Shown piece after piece: positions 51,595-64,000 of a DNA stretch of 64,000 nucleotides; the stretch's first letter is position 1, and every line of letters begins with the position of its first letter. The notes beneath the pieces were generated by a model, which was given only the letters and a program-made list of their open reading frames with translations, was not told where the DNA came from and did no database searches. The translations under genes were made by a program, and so were the position numbers. The DNA is from Podarcis bocagei (lineage: Eukaryota), in NCBI GenBank assembly GCA_964188305.1, contig OZ076887.1, one strand, 5' to 3'.

Positions 51595-51752
51595 CTCTTG
51601 TTCAGAGATCCGAAATACACTTTCATGTAAGTCATCTCTCTCCAGTGGGGTTCGAATCTGCCTAATCAAACGATCTTCACAATTCTCCAAACGAAGTCTC
51701 ATGTTTCGAACTTCTGAGATGTATAGGTTGTAAATGGATTCTTCATGCTCCT
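51595..51752 (-). CDS. DST: DST plakin exon ([10 protein letters not shown]...RISEQE)
   Basis: caacag acceptor, GAG|GTGAGT donor, 158 bp. Confidence 0.95.
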
Positions 51753-53589
51753 CTGTTGGAAGGAAGTGGAAGAATTCAAATAAAACCAAGTATATTTAAT
51801 GTTCTTCTGCCATCACACAACAGATATTCTAAAGACACAGTGCTATAACCTTGTCTGCAGTGTCTCTGCTTCATCTAAAGGAAATGTGCAATTAACATTA
51901 ATGGAAAGTGGTCAAGAGGAGAAACGGATGTGCTAACAATGTAGGGAGAAGAGGAAGCATATCTTCAAATTCTTGTTTCCATGGTTCTCCATCTCTCTTT
52001 TTTGAAAAGCTAATATGTTTGCTACAACTATTAAAATATACAAAAACTGAAACTTACACTCCACTTATAGTGAGACCTGCAGGTGTAGGGCAGTATATAA
52101 ATTCAATAAATAAATAATATAAAACTCACCTTTCCATAAAATAATATACATTTTAAACAGGCAGAATATTGCCCACAATGTAGTTTCACCATTCAGATTG
52201 GTCAAAAGCCAGTAAAGAATGTTCTTTACCACAAAAAAGATATATTTTAATAACCAGTTTGAATGCATTTGAAAATTTTCAGATTGTTGTTAATTTAGAC
52301 CCACAATTTCCCCAGCCAATCATATTTCAAAGGTACCTCTGTACATTTGCAATAACAAGCATAAACAAATCTAGCAAACCGCCCCCCCCATTTCAAACAG
52401 ATTTTCTCCCCAAGGGGAAATGTGGAAGTTCACAAATTGGGGTCACCTTGAGCATCTTCTCAAGTGGAGAAATGTAAACATCATAACAGCAGGACACAAA
52501 ATCAACTTCTTGCTTGCCATGTATCATCATCATCATGTCTAAATATGGGCATCCCCCAAAAAACTAATATGCACATCACTTTAGTCATAGGTATTATCAT
52601 CCCATTTGTGTATGCACAGTGATTAATTGGATTGCTTATGGTTTGTCCAGAGATGATTTCATAATAAGATGGTATTAAATCTATAGAAATGAATCCCTTA
52701 TCATTTTCTCCAGATACACAGTCAAGCACAGTATATCTCTGCTCCGTACTTATATATTTACTTTAATCAGCTTTCATCTGCTATTGCATTCCTTTCTATA
52801 TCAGCATCAGCCTGAATGCATAATATAATACATCTATTCAGCTTTATGGAAGCATTTAAGGCTCAGTGATATCATATATTTTCAGAATGGAGATGGAATA
52901 TTTACAACAGCAAGGAAGAACTTCAAAGACTTTTTTTTAAAGCAGATACTGTTTTTCCAAAGGATATAGGGTCCCTTTATGACATACTTGCAGATTTATT
53001 TATTTTTTAAGGAGAGTAAGTAAACAAATGTAAGTGATGCGGTATGATACTCCTGGTATTTTATTTTGAGAGGAAAAATATGTTCCTTGTACATTTGTGT
53101 GTAACAGTAACAGATGTTCTTCCTCTTATTGTGCAACCTGCCAAAATAATTGTTCTATTTACTCACACAAATTATTACCAGCTCATTTTAGGAACCCAAT
53201 TGAGATCTCAGATTGTGTGCCAGTAAAATGCATATTACATTTTCAGCAATTATGCAGGGGCACAAGTTCTTTTATCTGTAATATAACATTTCAATATTTG
53301 AATCAGTTCTGAGTGTTATGAACAACAAAACAAACAGAAGGGGAGTCATGGGGAGATCAGCTCCTCTTTTTCCTTCCCATTTTATAAGTGATTTTCTCAG
53401 GAGCATCTGTGTTAATGACAGCTCACTGATTTCAAACAGACACAAAACAAGTATAGAGAGTTACAGTCAGCTGACCATGTGGGACGCGGGACACAGAATA
53501 TTGCACTTCCACTTCTGCTATTTGAAAAGCAACATCTTAATGTCTGAACTGGCTCTGAGTGCTCACTGTTAGACCTATGTAACTGCTTA

Positions 53590-53928
53590 CGTGCTGTAGG
53601 TTAAACCACAGAGCCTAGGACTTGCCAATCAGAAGGTCGGCAGTTTGAATCCCTGCAACAGGGTGAGCTCCCGTTGCTCAGTCCCTGCTCCTGCCAACCT
53701 AGCAGTTCGAAAGCACGTCAAAGTGCAAGTAGATAAATAGGTACCGCTCCGGCGGGAAAGTACGGCATTTCCGTGTGCTGCTCTGGTTCACCAGAAGCGG
53801 CTTAGTACTGCTGGCCACATGACCTGGAAGCTGTACGCCGGCTCCCTCGGCCAATAAAGCAAGATGAGCACTGCAACCCCAGAGTCGGTCACGACTGGAC
53901 CTAATGGTCAGGGGTCCCTTTACCTTTT
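53590..53928 (+). mobile_element. Sauria SINE (lacertid-type)
   Basis: ggttaaaccacagagcctagg head, gtgcaagtagataaataggtacc core, ggggtccctttacctttt tail. Confidence 0.9.
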
Positions 53929-54248
53929 TACTACATATTCATGCCAAAAGCATACATGCCAAAGTGTGTGTCTGTTTTGACAACACTGCAGCAGCAACTG
54001 TAGAAAAAATAACAAATACTCATGCAAGCTGCTCATTTTTTCCATTTGACACTGTTAAAAAGAATGGGCCTTTGGACTTTCCCAACTCACGTCTTCCACT
54101 GGTATCTATTTCCCTCTCTGCTTCTGAAATGAGCACCGCTGTGAAAGAGCCACAGCAGTAAAGTTCACATATGTAACATTGAAAGGGTAGTCAATACCAT
54201 AAGCATCTTGTATGGGAGACTTCTGCACAGTTGATGTGCTATATTTAC

Positions 54249-54432
54249 CTCTCTCTGCAGACTTAAGGAGCTCTTGGTAGTACTGCTTGCACACATTCAC
54301 CTCCCTTTCCAGCTGAGCAATGTCAGCAACTGAAAAGGCTTTGGACTCCTGGCTGTCTTCAAGGAAGTCATCAAAGCGGGACTGCAAGTTGCTTAAAACC
54401 TGCTGGTGTTCACCTGGCAAGAGTGTCTTTAT
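54249..54432 (-). CDS. DST: DST plakin exon ([11 protein letters not shown]...LLKSAER)
   Basis: ttcctag acceptor, G|GTAAAT donor, 184 bp. Confidence 0.95.
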
Positions 54433-55078
54433 CTAGGAAATATTAAAAATCAGGAGGGGTAATTAAAGTCTTTCTAATGTTGGGCACCATTTTATAAACC
54501 ACATACTGTTTTGTCAGTTTCTTAAGGCAGTATTTTAATGTTCCAAAAAGGTAATACACATGTTGCTTTGTGAGGGCAGCACATCGGAAGATGCCTGTAG
54601 AGGAATTGCTCTTTAGTAACTAGAAGAAAAGTCAATTGCAATGACTCATTTCAATGAGCAACTTTCAAATACATACAAGTTAAAAACCCACATAAATGTC
54701 CTGGACACTCCAATGAGACCACACAACATGCGCTGGGTGTTTACAGACATTGACATATGCACATTTTAAGTTCTTAGTATAAGAAACACCAATACAACAC
54801 TGACATACCTCCAGCAATGATGCTCACTATGGAAAACATGGAGCTTCCCACAATCTTAGCCAATCATGCCATAAAGGAAGGTTGTAGCTTCTGAATGCAA
54901 CCAGCAAACTGTTGTTGCACAGATATAACACAGGAATACGGCACGTTACAGAACCAAATATTCAGGAGCTGTGTGTGGCTACACTCAGCTTTAGCCACTA
55001 CAGATAACTGCTTCCGAATCATGGAATATTAGGCTAGGTATATTTTGTTATGAGTGCTGGAACAGGCACAGAACTTAC

Positions 55079-55205
55079 CGAAGCAACATTACTGGCTCGA
55101 ACAGTTTCAATTTCATTTGTCAAATAGTGCCAGGAGACCACACTCTTCATGTTTACATGTGATTCATGCCACAGGGCCAGGACATTCTGATATTGCTGTT
55201 CAATT
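55079..55205 (-). CDS. DST: DST plakin exon ([12 protein letters not shown]...SNVAS)
   Basis: tttcag acceptor, TCG|GTAAGT donor, 127 bp. Confidence 0.95.
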
Positions 55206-55382
55206 CTGAAATGCACAAAGAGGGGGTGGGGAATGACCGAGTCTAAATTAATGATTTGTCAAGTGGCAGTCGAAAGGGTACATGTTATAAATTTCCTGCA
55301 TGCTGTGCATAGAAAAGCTCCTGGAAGGCAAATAAGATCAATAAGGATTTCCATGTTTTGTGCACGCTATGCCAGCACTTAC

Positions 55383-55537
55383 CTGTTTGCAGTGTCTATT
55401 GCTTCTTTGTTGGGTGGAGGAACAGTAAAACAGACGGAGGGAACCATGGCCTCATTACCGCTTGGACTAATCACTTTCCATTTTGCCCGATGGGAGTTGC
55501 TTGCCAGCACACATTCATCATCTCTGTAAATGGTTAT
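55383..55537 (-). CDS. DST: DST plakin exon, SH3 ([11 protein letters not shown]...[15 protein letters not shown])
   Basis: accag acceptor, AG|GTAAGT donor, 155 bp. Confidence 0.95.
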
Positions 55538-55803
55538 CTGGTTTTCAACAGAAAGATCAGAAAATCTGAATGAGTCTAATATACATATATTGTTCTTACA
55601 GTGCACTCCCTTGAACATGTGCCACTAGGAAAGTGACAGGGGAGCAAAATTGGGGGCTGGGGGGGGCAGGACCCAACAACTTAAGCCCCAATTGGGAAGG
55701 CAGGGACTTGTTTCATTTGATAGGGAAGAGAATTCCAAGAACATGCCATTAACTGTCTTCATTAACTGCCCATAATTGATTTGAAGAAATCTAAGGTTCC
55801 AAC

Positions 55804-55956
55804 CTCAATTTGTCTATAGTCACAGATGGCTTTGATTGGGATGGATGTTTTCAGTGGATTATCTGGATTCCTCGGCTTCAGCTGAACTATTGTCTTTGCT
55901 CTCCCCACAAGGCCAGCCACTGTGTTCTTGTACTGCAGGAGCTGTTCTTTCTCTTC
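55804..55956 (-). CDS. DST: DST plakin exon, start of SH3 (EEKEQLLQY...[10 protein letters not shown])
   Basis: ttttag acceptor, GAG|GTTGGA donor, 153 bp. Confidence 0.95.
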
Positions 55957-56857
55957 CTAAAAGCCAATTTATAAAGAAAACAAGAGGAGGGGAAACATTA
56001 GAAGCAGCTGCAAATTAAATGTGTTCTTCTTTGAAACTTAAAAATATATTTTCTGCTGTTTGTGATATCGTACAAAGCATTGTTCACATAAACCAGAATG
56101 GCATCTATGGTGCTATTAGTACTCTCTAACCACCATTGTTTATTAGGTCAACAGCCCTAGACGGCGATGGTCCATTTGTGTAATTCACCACGAAATAGTT
56201 GGGGGCAGCAATGTATGTCCCATTTTCAATAGTAAGGGCTATGAGGGGCAGAGCTGAATTCCTGTGCACTGCTTACCAACCACATTGAGAAGCAGTGGTA
56301 AAAATTCATGTCCATGACCTAAGATTCTGTTTGTGAAGAGGATTACGTTTTTATTTTATGTAACTGCATGCTTTGCAAGCTGAAGATGTTCCCTGGCTGT
56401 TAGCTAGTTGCTAATAATAATAATAAAAAGAACAGGATAGTTTCTATATCTGGGCATGTCCTAACCAGTTTACTGCCTTGTGGTCACTGTGCAATCTGTT
56501 TACACTAAAAGCCAGTCTGTAGGTTGTCCAAAAGCCCCAAATCAATCAAGAGCTGCAATTACTGCTCTTCTTCAGTGGTGGAAACAGAAAGGTACAGAAT
56601 ACTGCCAAAAACGGTCATCTGGAATTATGAGGAACATCTCATCTATATATTTCACTGACATTGTTTAAGAAAATGAGCTTCTTGAATTATTATTTTTGAA
56701 GCCAGAATTGTGAAAATAATGGTGATAAAATTAGTTCCCCTTAAGAAAGAACAATTTGTGATGAGATTTCCTTTACTTTTGGGTTAACTGTCTACCTTTA
56801 GTACTCTGCTAGTAGAGCACAAATGGCTTTAGCCGAGTATATATGGAAGATACCTAC

Positions 56858-56983
56858 CATCGACTCTTGGATCAGATCTTCCAGTTTATGAATACTGCTG
56901 GACCTATCACAGCTGTATTTTCGATGAACAGCATCTCTTAAATTCTTCAAGTAATCTATGGCCTCTTTGGCATCGTTGAAAAA
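56858..56983 (-). CDS. DST: DST plakin exon ([11 protein letters not shown]...LIQESM)
   Basis: ttttag acceptor, ATG|GTAGGT donor, 126 bp. Confidence 0.95.
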
Positions 56984-57056
56984 CTAAAATGAAAAAAAAA
57001 CAACCACTTTTGATTTAAAAAATACACCATTGCAAGCTCTGTCCTCAAGCGAGTAG

Positions 57057-57612
57057 TCATAGAATCATAGAATCATAGAGTTGGAAGAGACCACAAGGGC
57101 CATCGAGTCCAACCCCCTGCCAAGCAGGAAACACCATCAGAGCACTCCTGACATATGGTTGTCAAGCCTCTGCTTAAAGACCTCCAAAGTAGGAGACTCC
57201 ACCACACTCCTTGCAGCAAATTCCACTGTCGAACAGCTCTTACTGTCAGGAAGTTCTTCCTAATGTTTAGGTGGAATCTTCTTTCTTGTAGTTTGGATCC
57301 ATTGCTCCGTGTCCGCTTCTCTGGAGCAGCAGAAAACAACCTTTCTCCCTCCTCTATGTGACATCCTTTTATATATTAGAACATGGCTATCATATCACCC
57401 CTTAACCTCCTCTTCTCCAGGCTAAACATGCCCAGCTCCCTTAGCCGTTCCTCATAAGGCATCGTTTCCAGGCCTTTGACCATTTTGGTTGCCCTCCTCT
57501 GGACACGTTCCAGTTTGTCAGTGTCCTTCTTGAATTGTGGTGCCCAGAACTGGACACAGTACTCCAGGTGAGGTCTGACCAGAGCAGAATACAGTGGCAC
57601 TATTACTTCCCT
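57057..57612 (-). mobile_element. CR1 LINE 3' end, 5'-truncated
   Basis: [20 protein letters not shown]...[12 protein letters not shown]2 C-terminus; (ATTCTATG)n tail at 57057-57080. Confidence 0.95.
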
Positions 57613-58429
57613 AGTCAGTACAGCAGTCTGAAGCCCAGGCTGATAATCCAAGAGTGTGGTATACTTTCTTATTAGATGAAGGAGACATAAGTTTCTAAAA
57701 TCAGTTAGAAAACTAAATGAGCCCATTCACCCCAGGGTATCCCAGCACCAAAGGGGATAAAACCACCAGTCCTCTTTACCCACTGGGCTGCAAAGTTAAC
57801 AACTCTCTCTGCCTTCAAACATGCTGCTTACAACGGTCTGCAATGCCTACTAGATACTTATGAAGTTAACTGGGTACCCTTTTAATGATCTGTATATGCA
57901 TTACTTCTTTGCAGTTGGGAAAAATAATAATTCCTGTACAAGGACTTTCTTTCCAGTGCAACCTGGGTAAGTTTCTTCTTTCCTTTCCTGTCCCTCTCCC
58001 TCCACTCACAGATGTTTTTCCTCATTGATGATTGTGGTGTGGTTTGTATTGTTTGAATGGAGAATTCAGAACATGCAGCAAAATAATAATTGCTTCTAAA
58101 ATCAAGTGGGAAAGGTTACTCAATTTCTTGGCCCATTTGAACCACATAAAAATATTGGTGTGAAAAAAAGTAGCTTAAGCCCTTTAGTTCACATCCACTC
58201 TGAAAAAATATGCAACAAAACTCATAATAAAAACAGAACAGCACTTTTTACAGACATCTGCAGCAGTAAAATAGGAAGTCCTGTGAAATGTGAAAATTCA
58301 CCTTTAGGTTTACTGAGGGTCAATATGCTATTATTTGGCATAAAAAAGCATTTAAAAATCCTTTTCTTCTTGCTGCTGTTAAGAGTTAAATCTGTGGTTA
58401 CTCTACAATAATACCCATGTGTTACGTAC

Positions 58430-58525
58430 CTCAAAATATGCAGTGTTTTCTCTCAGATGCTGTTCAACACATTGGCAAAGCTGCAAAATCCAGCTCCACT
58501 GTGTTTGCATTGCAGCTCGGTAGGC
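58430..58525 (-). CDS. DST: DST plakin exon ([17 protein letters not shown]...AYFE)
   Basis: ctaag acceptor, GAG|GTACGT donor, 96 bp. Confidence 0.95.
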
Positions 58526-59490
58526 CTTAGGGATACAAGCAGAGGAAAGAAGTCATGTTTTGCTGTGCAACAGAAGCAATTCAAATGAGGAAGGGGGGAG
58601 ATTTGAGGAATTGAAGCCCCTGCCCTGCCCAATTTTCCTACTCAAATGCCTTTGACTTGTTATAACAGTAGGAAAAGAAATCACACCAGCCTCTGAAAAG
58701 ATCAAGTGCATTTCTCTACAAAAAGCAATAAAACTCTCTGAACAATTTACTTATTAGAATAACTGTCATTTATAACTTGAATTTCTTGAATGCAGTATTT
58801 GCTCTATCCCTGCTATGGTAGAACAGTAATACTGTTCGCCAGCAGAGGCTGCTCTAAATACTTTAGATTTAGAATTCTCCCCAAGCATCTCCCATGGAAA
58901 CCAGTGGGTGCCTTGTTCTCTGTTAGAAGACGTATTTCAACTCAATTTGCTAAATACCCTACAGATAGTGAAATTGATCTGTTTTATCATTATGAAAACA
59001 AGCCACAATAAAGCTTGCACGCTCCCCCCTCACCTCTCCACCTCTGCTGCAGCTGCAAGAAGGTTTCTGAAAGCTTTCTCTTCTTTTTTTTGATTACTTG
59101 CAGCTTGTCGTTCCACCTGGAGCTAACCTTTTCCATGGCTTGTTTGAAACAAATCGAGCACAAATCATGGAGTCATCAAGCTACCTTATTTCATCAAACC
59201 ATAGTTAAAAGTTAACTTCCGTCTAGGGCTCAGACATCAGCCTAAATTGTGGTTAATCAAAAGTGAAAGTTTCCAATCTCCTCACAGCTCTCCACAGAGG
59301 TGGAAGAGGAAGTGTGTAGGTCCAAGATTTGTTCCAGCTAGTTCCTTCTCTAGATAAATGATGGTGCACTGTGACATCTGAATGCTGTCTGAATTTGTCT
59401 ATAAATGCAAACTTTTTAGGAGGTACCAATAGGATATATCTAGTATTAATTTACATAGAAACAACCCCTGCAGCATCAGCCCCAACAGTA

Positions 59491-59721
59491 CAGTGGTACC
59501 TCAGGTTAAGTACTTAATTCGTTCCGGAGGTTTGTACTTAACCTGAAACTGTTCTTAACCTGAAGCACCACTTTAGCTAATGGGGCCTCCTGCCGCCGGA
59601 GCACGATTTCTGTTCTCATCCTGAAGCAAAGTTCTTAACCTGAAGCACTATTTCTGGGTTAGTGGAGTCTGTAACCTTCCATGTATGTAACCTGAAGCGT
59701 ATGTAACCCGAGGTACCACTG
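59491..59721. mobile_element. Tigger/TcMar-type MITE
   Basis: TA-CAGTGGTACCTC...GAGGTACCACTG-TA; internal sequence shared with 4626-4843. Confidence 0.88.
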
Positions 59722-60933
59722 TACTGCTTAATAGCCTGAAAATATCATAGAGCTTATCTTCTTGCATTAAAGCCTTATTGCTTCAGAGCACAAACCCTGC
59801 ATGACTATCTGCTTTGTACACATCCTAGTTTCCTAACTGACAACTGCGTGATCACATTTGGAAGTCTGAAGGCACCTGTGGTAGTTAGCATGCATTTTAA
59901 AACCAAAACAGAAGCACTCATAAATTTCCAGGTGTTGTTTGAACGTTAGATGCATTTTGGACTAGAATCAAGTCACACATTGTAGGCACACGACATGATG
60001 CCAGTCTGAAATAAATTCAATGTCCAAACAATATCTGGAGTTTATGAGCAACAGCAAGTGCCTGAACTTCACACCTTAAATGGAAGCAATGTAATGAAAC
60101 CTTTGCACGTAAGAAAGGCCCAGAAGTTCCATGCCAAATGAAAACACAGAACCACCGCCCTGTCGCAGTTACAAAACTCAGCCTCACTGGAATATTAATG
60201 GGAACTGATGTAACATAGCTCTCAGTAAAGTGTCTAAGGCCGAGTGTCCATTGGACAAAAGCATTAACAACAGAAATCTGGGATGGGGCCAAGGAGGAGA
60301 AGGAAAGGAATGGAAAGAAATGGAGTATCTTACAACAGGGTATGGTTGGCTGGCTGAACACTGGAACTGGCAAGAATGTATGGCTGGCCAGCCCTTGGAA
60401 CAGCAGCCCTCCACAACTGCTACATTTTGTTGTGGTCCCATTTATTTCATGTCATTTCATGTCATGTCAAAATTAAGTGTATGCTGTTGCACTTTAAAGA
60501 TAAACACATTTGTTCTGACATAAGCTTTTGTGAACTACAATACACTGCAACAAATGCATGTAGGGATTGGTGAATCTGTCTGTTTCAGTTTCTGTCAATT
60601 TCTCATTTTTCCAGTATTATTATTATTATTATTAACGTTGCACTGTATACCACCCTTCAATATAAAAGCACAAAATACATGATCAAAAACAAGAGCAAAG
60701 CCAACCAACCAATAACCCCCTCCCCGCTGTACAATTGGGGCAGTGGGTTTATGACATGTCTATGTAGAGCCTGACTGTGAAATCAAATAGTCTTATTTTA
60801 CTGAACATTTTCTGGAAATGAAGCATGGGGACTACAGACTGCACCCAGAAAACAAGTCTATATTCTGTTTCAGCAGCCCATAAAAAGAGCCAACCCAACA
60901 GTTTCTATTCCCAAGTTATGTTTAACAACCTAC

Positions 60934-61038
60934 CTCAATAGTTAGCCTTGCAGGGTGGTTTTCAAATAGCAATTGTTCTGCTATTTCCTGAACAGATTTG
61001 ATAATTTCTTCCTTCTGATCAAGTTCTCTCATCAGTTC
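60934..61038 (-). CDS. DST: DST plakin exon ([11 protein letters not shown]...HPARLTIE)
   Basis: ggaag acceptor, GAG|GTAGGT donor, 105 bp. Confidence 0.94.
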
Positions 61039-61135
61039 CTTCCAAATAAAAAGACAATTAGCTTTAGAAGCCAGGAGCAAATAATAAAAAAGGTCACATT
61101 CAATACTTATTTTTGACTATTTTAACAATGCTTAC

Positions 61136-61297
61136 TGCATGGTAGTCCTTTTTCCGTGCTATATTTGTATTTCTTTCACTCCAGTCATATGCAACCTCCT
61201 CCTCTTCTTTCTCATTCAACCATATGAGTTCTCTGGTAGCGCGAGATACAAAATTGTGAAGGGTATCAAGGTGTCTTTCCTGATTTCTTGAGGTGTT
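61136..61297 (-). CDS. DST: DST plakin exon ([10 protein letters not shown]...YDWSERN...KKDYHA)
   Basis: ttcaag acceptor, GCA|GTAAGC donor, 162 bp. Confidence 0.95.
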
Positions 61298-61403
61298 CTT
61301 GAAAAAGATAGTAAAAGAAATCCATTATTTTTTTTTACTTTAAACCTTTTGTCATCGAAGTGGCAACCAAATAAAAGGTGGGACTGCCAATCAGCAATCT
61401 TAC

Positions 61404-61481
61404 CAAGAGTTTTGCATATTGGCTCTCCAGTTTGTGCAATTTGTCTGCATAGCTGAGTTTAAGGGGAGCAGTCATCTGGAT
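61404..61481 (-). CDS. DST: DST plakin exon ([11 protein letters not shown]...YAKLL)
   Basis: tttacag acceptor, TTG|GTAAGA donor, 78 bp. Confidence 0.95.
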
Positions 61482-61654
61482 CTGTAAAGAACAAATTGGT
61501 TCAAAGAATATATATATATATATATATTTAAAATGAAACACATTGCACACATATGTATATGTGGGGTATATTCCTAATTTTTATATGCTGCTTAATATAC
61601 AAAATCCCTGCACACTTAATATAACCACAACACTCCCCACCCCCAAAGCTGTAC

Positions 61655-61783
61655 CTCACTGATTTTTGCTTCTTTAAGGCTTGACTCAAATTCTTCAATA
61701 GCTTTGTGGACATTCTTGTGATTTTCTAAATGGCTTTCAACGCTTGGCAAATCCGAACCCCATTCAGCTCGATCAAGTTGCAC
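61655..61783 (-). CDS. DST: DST plakin exon ([16 protein letters not shown]...EAKISE)
   Basis: tttcaag acceptor, GAG|GTACAG donor, 129 bp. Confidence 0.95.
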
Positions 61784-61889
61784 CTTGAAAGCAGAAGTTG
61801 AAAATTAAAGTCGAGCCCTCAAGCGGGTGAGGAAAATGATCAGGCACAGACTGAATTTTTTTTTAAAAATGTACATGTAAAGATGTTAC

Positions 61890-62352
61890 CTGCATTTCAT
61901 CTACCCATCTGAGAAGATCCTGAACAAACTTCATGTTGACTTCCTCCTCTGTTAAATTCTGATCGATAAATGCCGATTTCATCAGGGGTTTTCGGATCTG
62001 CATCAATTTGAGCGTTTGCAGTGCACCAGTGTCAACTCCTGTTATGTAGCTTTGAATTAACCGTGGTGGGAAACCTGGGGTGTATGCTGGGGTGATGGCT
62101 GGAGTCATTCTTGAAGAAAGACCCGATGATAAACCTGATGTTAGACTCGATGATGTCAAGGAGGGTGATAAGCCCTGGCTCAGTCCAGAGTTTAAGCTGG
62201 GGCTGAAGTTTGGTGCAAATCCTGAGTTTAAGCTTTGTGTTATTCCTGATATCATCATCTTGGTCTGTTCTGTAGTCAGTGTCCTCCCCTTGCTGTAGAT
62301 TGAGGAGCACTCTGCTCTTAAGGCCATAAGGTCATCTCGCACTTTTGCAACC
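61890..62352 (-). CDS. DST: DST exon, plakin domain N-terminal part ([11 protein letters not shown]...WVDEMQ)
   Basis: aacag acceptor, CAG|GTAACA donor, 463 bp; Ser/Gly/Thr-rich insert typical of DST. Confidence 0.95.
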
Positions 62353-63559
62353 CTGTTTCAAAAACCAGAAAAGCATTTACTGCAGAAGTGAAAAGATCTG
62401 GATATCGTCTCGGGATTTTCATGAATTCTCATCGTTTCAAAAACAAAGAATAATGAAACTATCTTGTATTTTGTGTAAAATAAAAAGGAGAGGGTTGTTA
62501 TTAAGAGTTCAATCCACACATTCCGGTAAACCTTGATGATAAACTGATAGATATATTAGGAATTTTAAAGTGCAATGGAGCTAGATGGTAATGTGCCAAG
62601 TAATAGTGTGTGTCTGGGCATAATAAAGCCATCATAATGAAAAGTAGTGCCTCTGGGAAAGGCAGAGACAGGATCAAACTCATCCTCCTCTTTAAGAATA
62701 GAATGTAAGGATTAAAGTAATATACAGTACTGTTGTAACAAGTGTAGCCTCAAACACAACTATTATAAGGTAAGAGAAAATTGAAGGGATCCATTTTGTC
62801 TCTGTGTGATGCTTCCCAAGCATCTCTTTAACCGTAGGCACAAAAAGAATATCTATTGTGAAGTGGATTCTCTGTGGATCCTCCTCAATCAGTAGTGATT
62901 TCCACAATCAAGATGGAAAGTGTTCAGTCTATTACAGTAGCAAGACTCTCCCCAGAGAAGCTGTGGGGGTCAGGGCTGACCCAGGAGGTATTGGTGCTTG
63001 AGGCAAAAAAACCTCCAAACAAACAACCACCGCCCCTCAACCTCCTCTGCCACGGGCATGCCATGCCCCCTCCTCTTCCTCCATGGACATGCCACGCTGC
63101 TGTCACACCCCCCACTGCTGGACATGCCCTATACTGCTGCCATTGTTGTCAAGTTAGGCCCTTTGCTCTAAGTGCACCCACTTCACAGCAACCTTAACAA
63201 ACAGCAGCAGGAAAGACAGCCACTGCAGCAGCACGCACCAGCCGTAGGGGTATGGCAGTGGTGGAGGCAGGGGCACGGCGCACTCCTCAGGCTCCAGATC
63301 TGCCACCTGATCTGCAACTGCCTCGCCTCAGCTCATGGGCTGTATCTTTGGAGAATGCAGTTTCTACAATACATTTTTGCATGTGAATGTATCCGTGGGA
63401 GCAGATGGACCAAAGAAGTGTGAAAACTTGCTTGATCACATTGAGCTCAATGGGACAAATTTAGAGAAAATTCAGCTTTGGAAAAGTTTTTCTGTGCATT
63501 AGCAGGAAGAAGAAGAAGAAGAAGAAGAAGAAGAAGAAGAAGAGGAGGAGGAGGAGGAG

Positions 63560-63786
63560 TTTGAATTTGATATCCCGCTTTATGACTACCCGAAGGAGTC
63601 TCAAAGCGGCTAACATTCTCCTTTCCCTTCCTCCCCCACAGCAAACACTCTGTGAGGTGGGTGGGGCTGAGAGACTTCAAAGAAGTGTGACTGGCCCAAG
63701 GTCACCCAGCAGCTGCATGTGGAGGAGTGGGGAAGCGAACCCGGTTCACCAGATTACAAGTCTACTGCTCTTAACCACTACACCAC
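63560..63786 (-). mobile_element. tRNA-related squamate SINE (MIR-like core) with microsatellite tail
   Basis: Reverse strand begins tggtgtagtggttaagagc (A-box); ggcccaaggtcacccagc core; (GAA)n(GAG)n at 63506-63559. Confidence 0.75.
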
Positions 63787-64000
63787 TTTAAAGAGACAGA
63801 TACTTAAATGCCTGTGTTTGACAATCATTTATGTGCATAGTGGGGTGTGGGGAGAACAACTGGCAATATCTCAAAGCATCAGCGCTGTATAAATATAGCC
63901 AAGGATATAGGATATAGGAGATCATACTAGTGCACTAAGAAGTTGCATACTATGGCTATATTGAAACATAATGCTAAATTATGGGCTGATGTTTCACAAC

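Larger units (their letters stand above)
3731..62352 (-). other. DST: Dystonin/BPAG1 gene, internal portion (35 coding exons; a, b and e isoform exons)
   Basis: Spliced translation gives DST-diagnostic strings ([33 protein letters not shown]; [20 protein letters not shown]; BP230-like C-terminus GISSLYFSS). All introns are phase-consistent. Confidence 0.97.

Noticed and set aside
3731-62352. Assignment to MACF1, plectin or desmoplakin, or treating the 604/931/1887-aa ORFs as separate genes
   Set aside because: Diagnostic residues ([16 protein letters not shown], the TPAYTPGFP insert) and a nested BP230-type rod plus two plakin-repeat domains, followed by spectrin repeats, fit DST. The large ORFs have in-phase splice sites, and their ORF-track starts are intronic or internal.

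Overview
Vertebrate genomic DNA, most likely from a squamate (probably lacertid) lizard, judging by Sauria-type SINEs, CR1/L2 LINE fragments, TA-targeting TcMar MITEs and a Penelope-like remnant. The whole window lies inside one gene on the minus strand, dystonin (DST/BPAG1, a spectraplakin); neither end of the long isoforms is in the window. I traced 35 coding exons with phase-consistent splice sites. In transcript order: 19 plakin-domain exons (62352 to 41782, including the SH3 insert); the two epithelial BPAG1e/BP230 exons (2688-bp coiled-coil rod, then the terminal plakin-repeat exon ending ISSLYFSSQS*); three shared a/b exons; five BPAG1b-type cassette exons (including a 5679-bp plakin-repeat exon and one exon with a GC donor); and six spectrin-repeat exons. 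Exon assignments rest on my recollection of the human protein, not on a run alignment. The most unusual intronic features are: (1) a perfect 115-bp inverted repeat carrying minimal hammerhead-ribozyme motifs inside a (TA)n tract; (2) a Tc2-type MITE filled with two arrays of palindromic GC-rich units; (3) a probable decayed ~1.26-kb exon upstream of the BPAG1e rod exon; and (4) two candidate microexons upstream of the giant BPAG1b exon. There are no prokaryotic features or CRISPR arrays.
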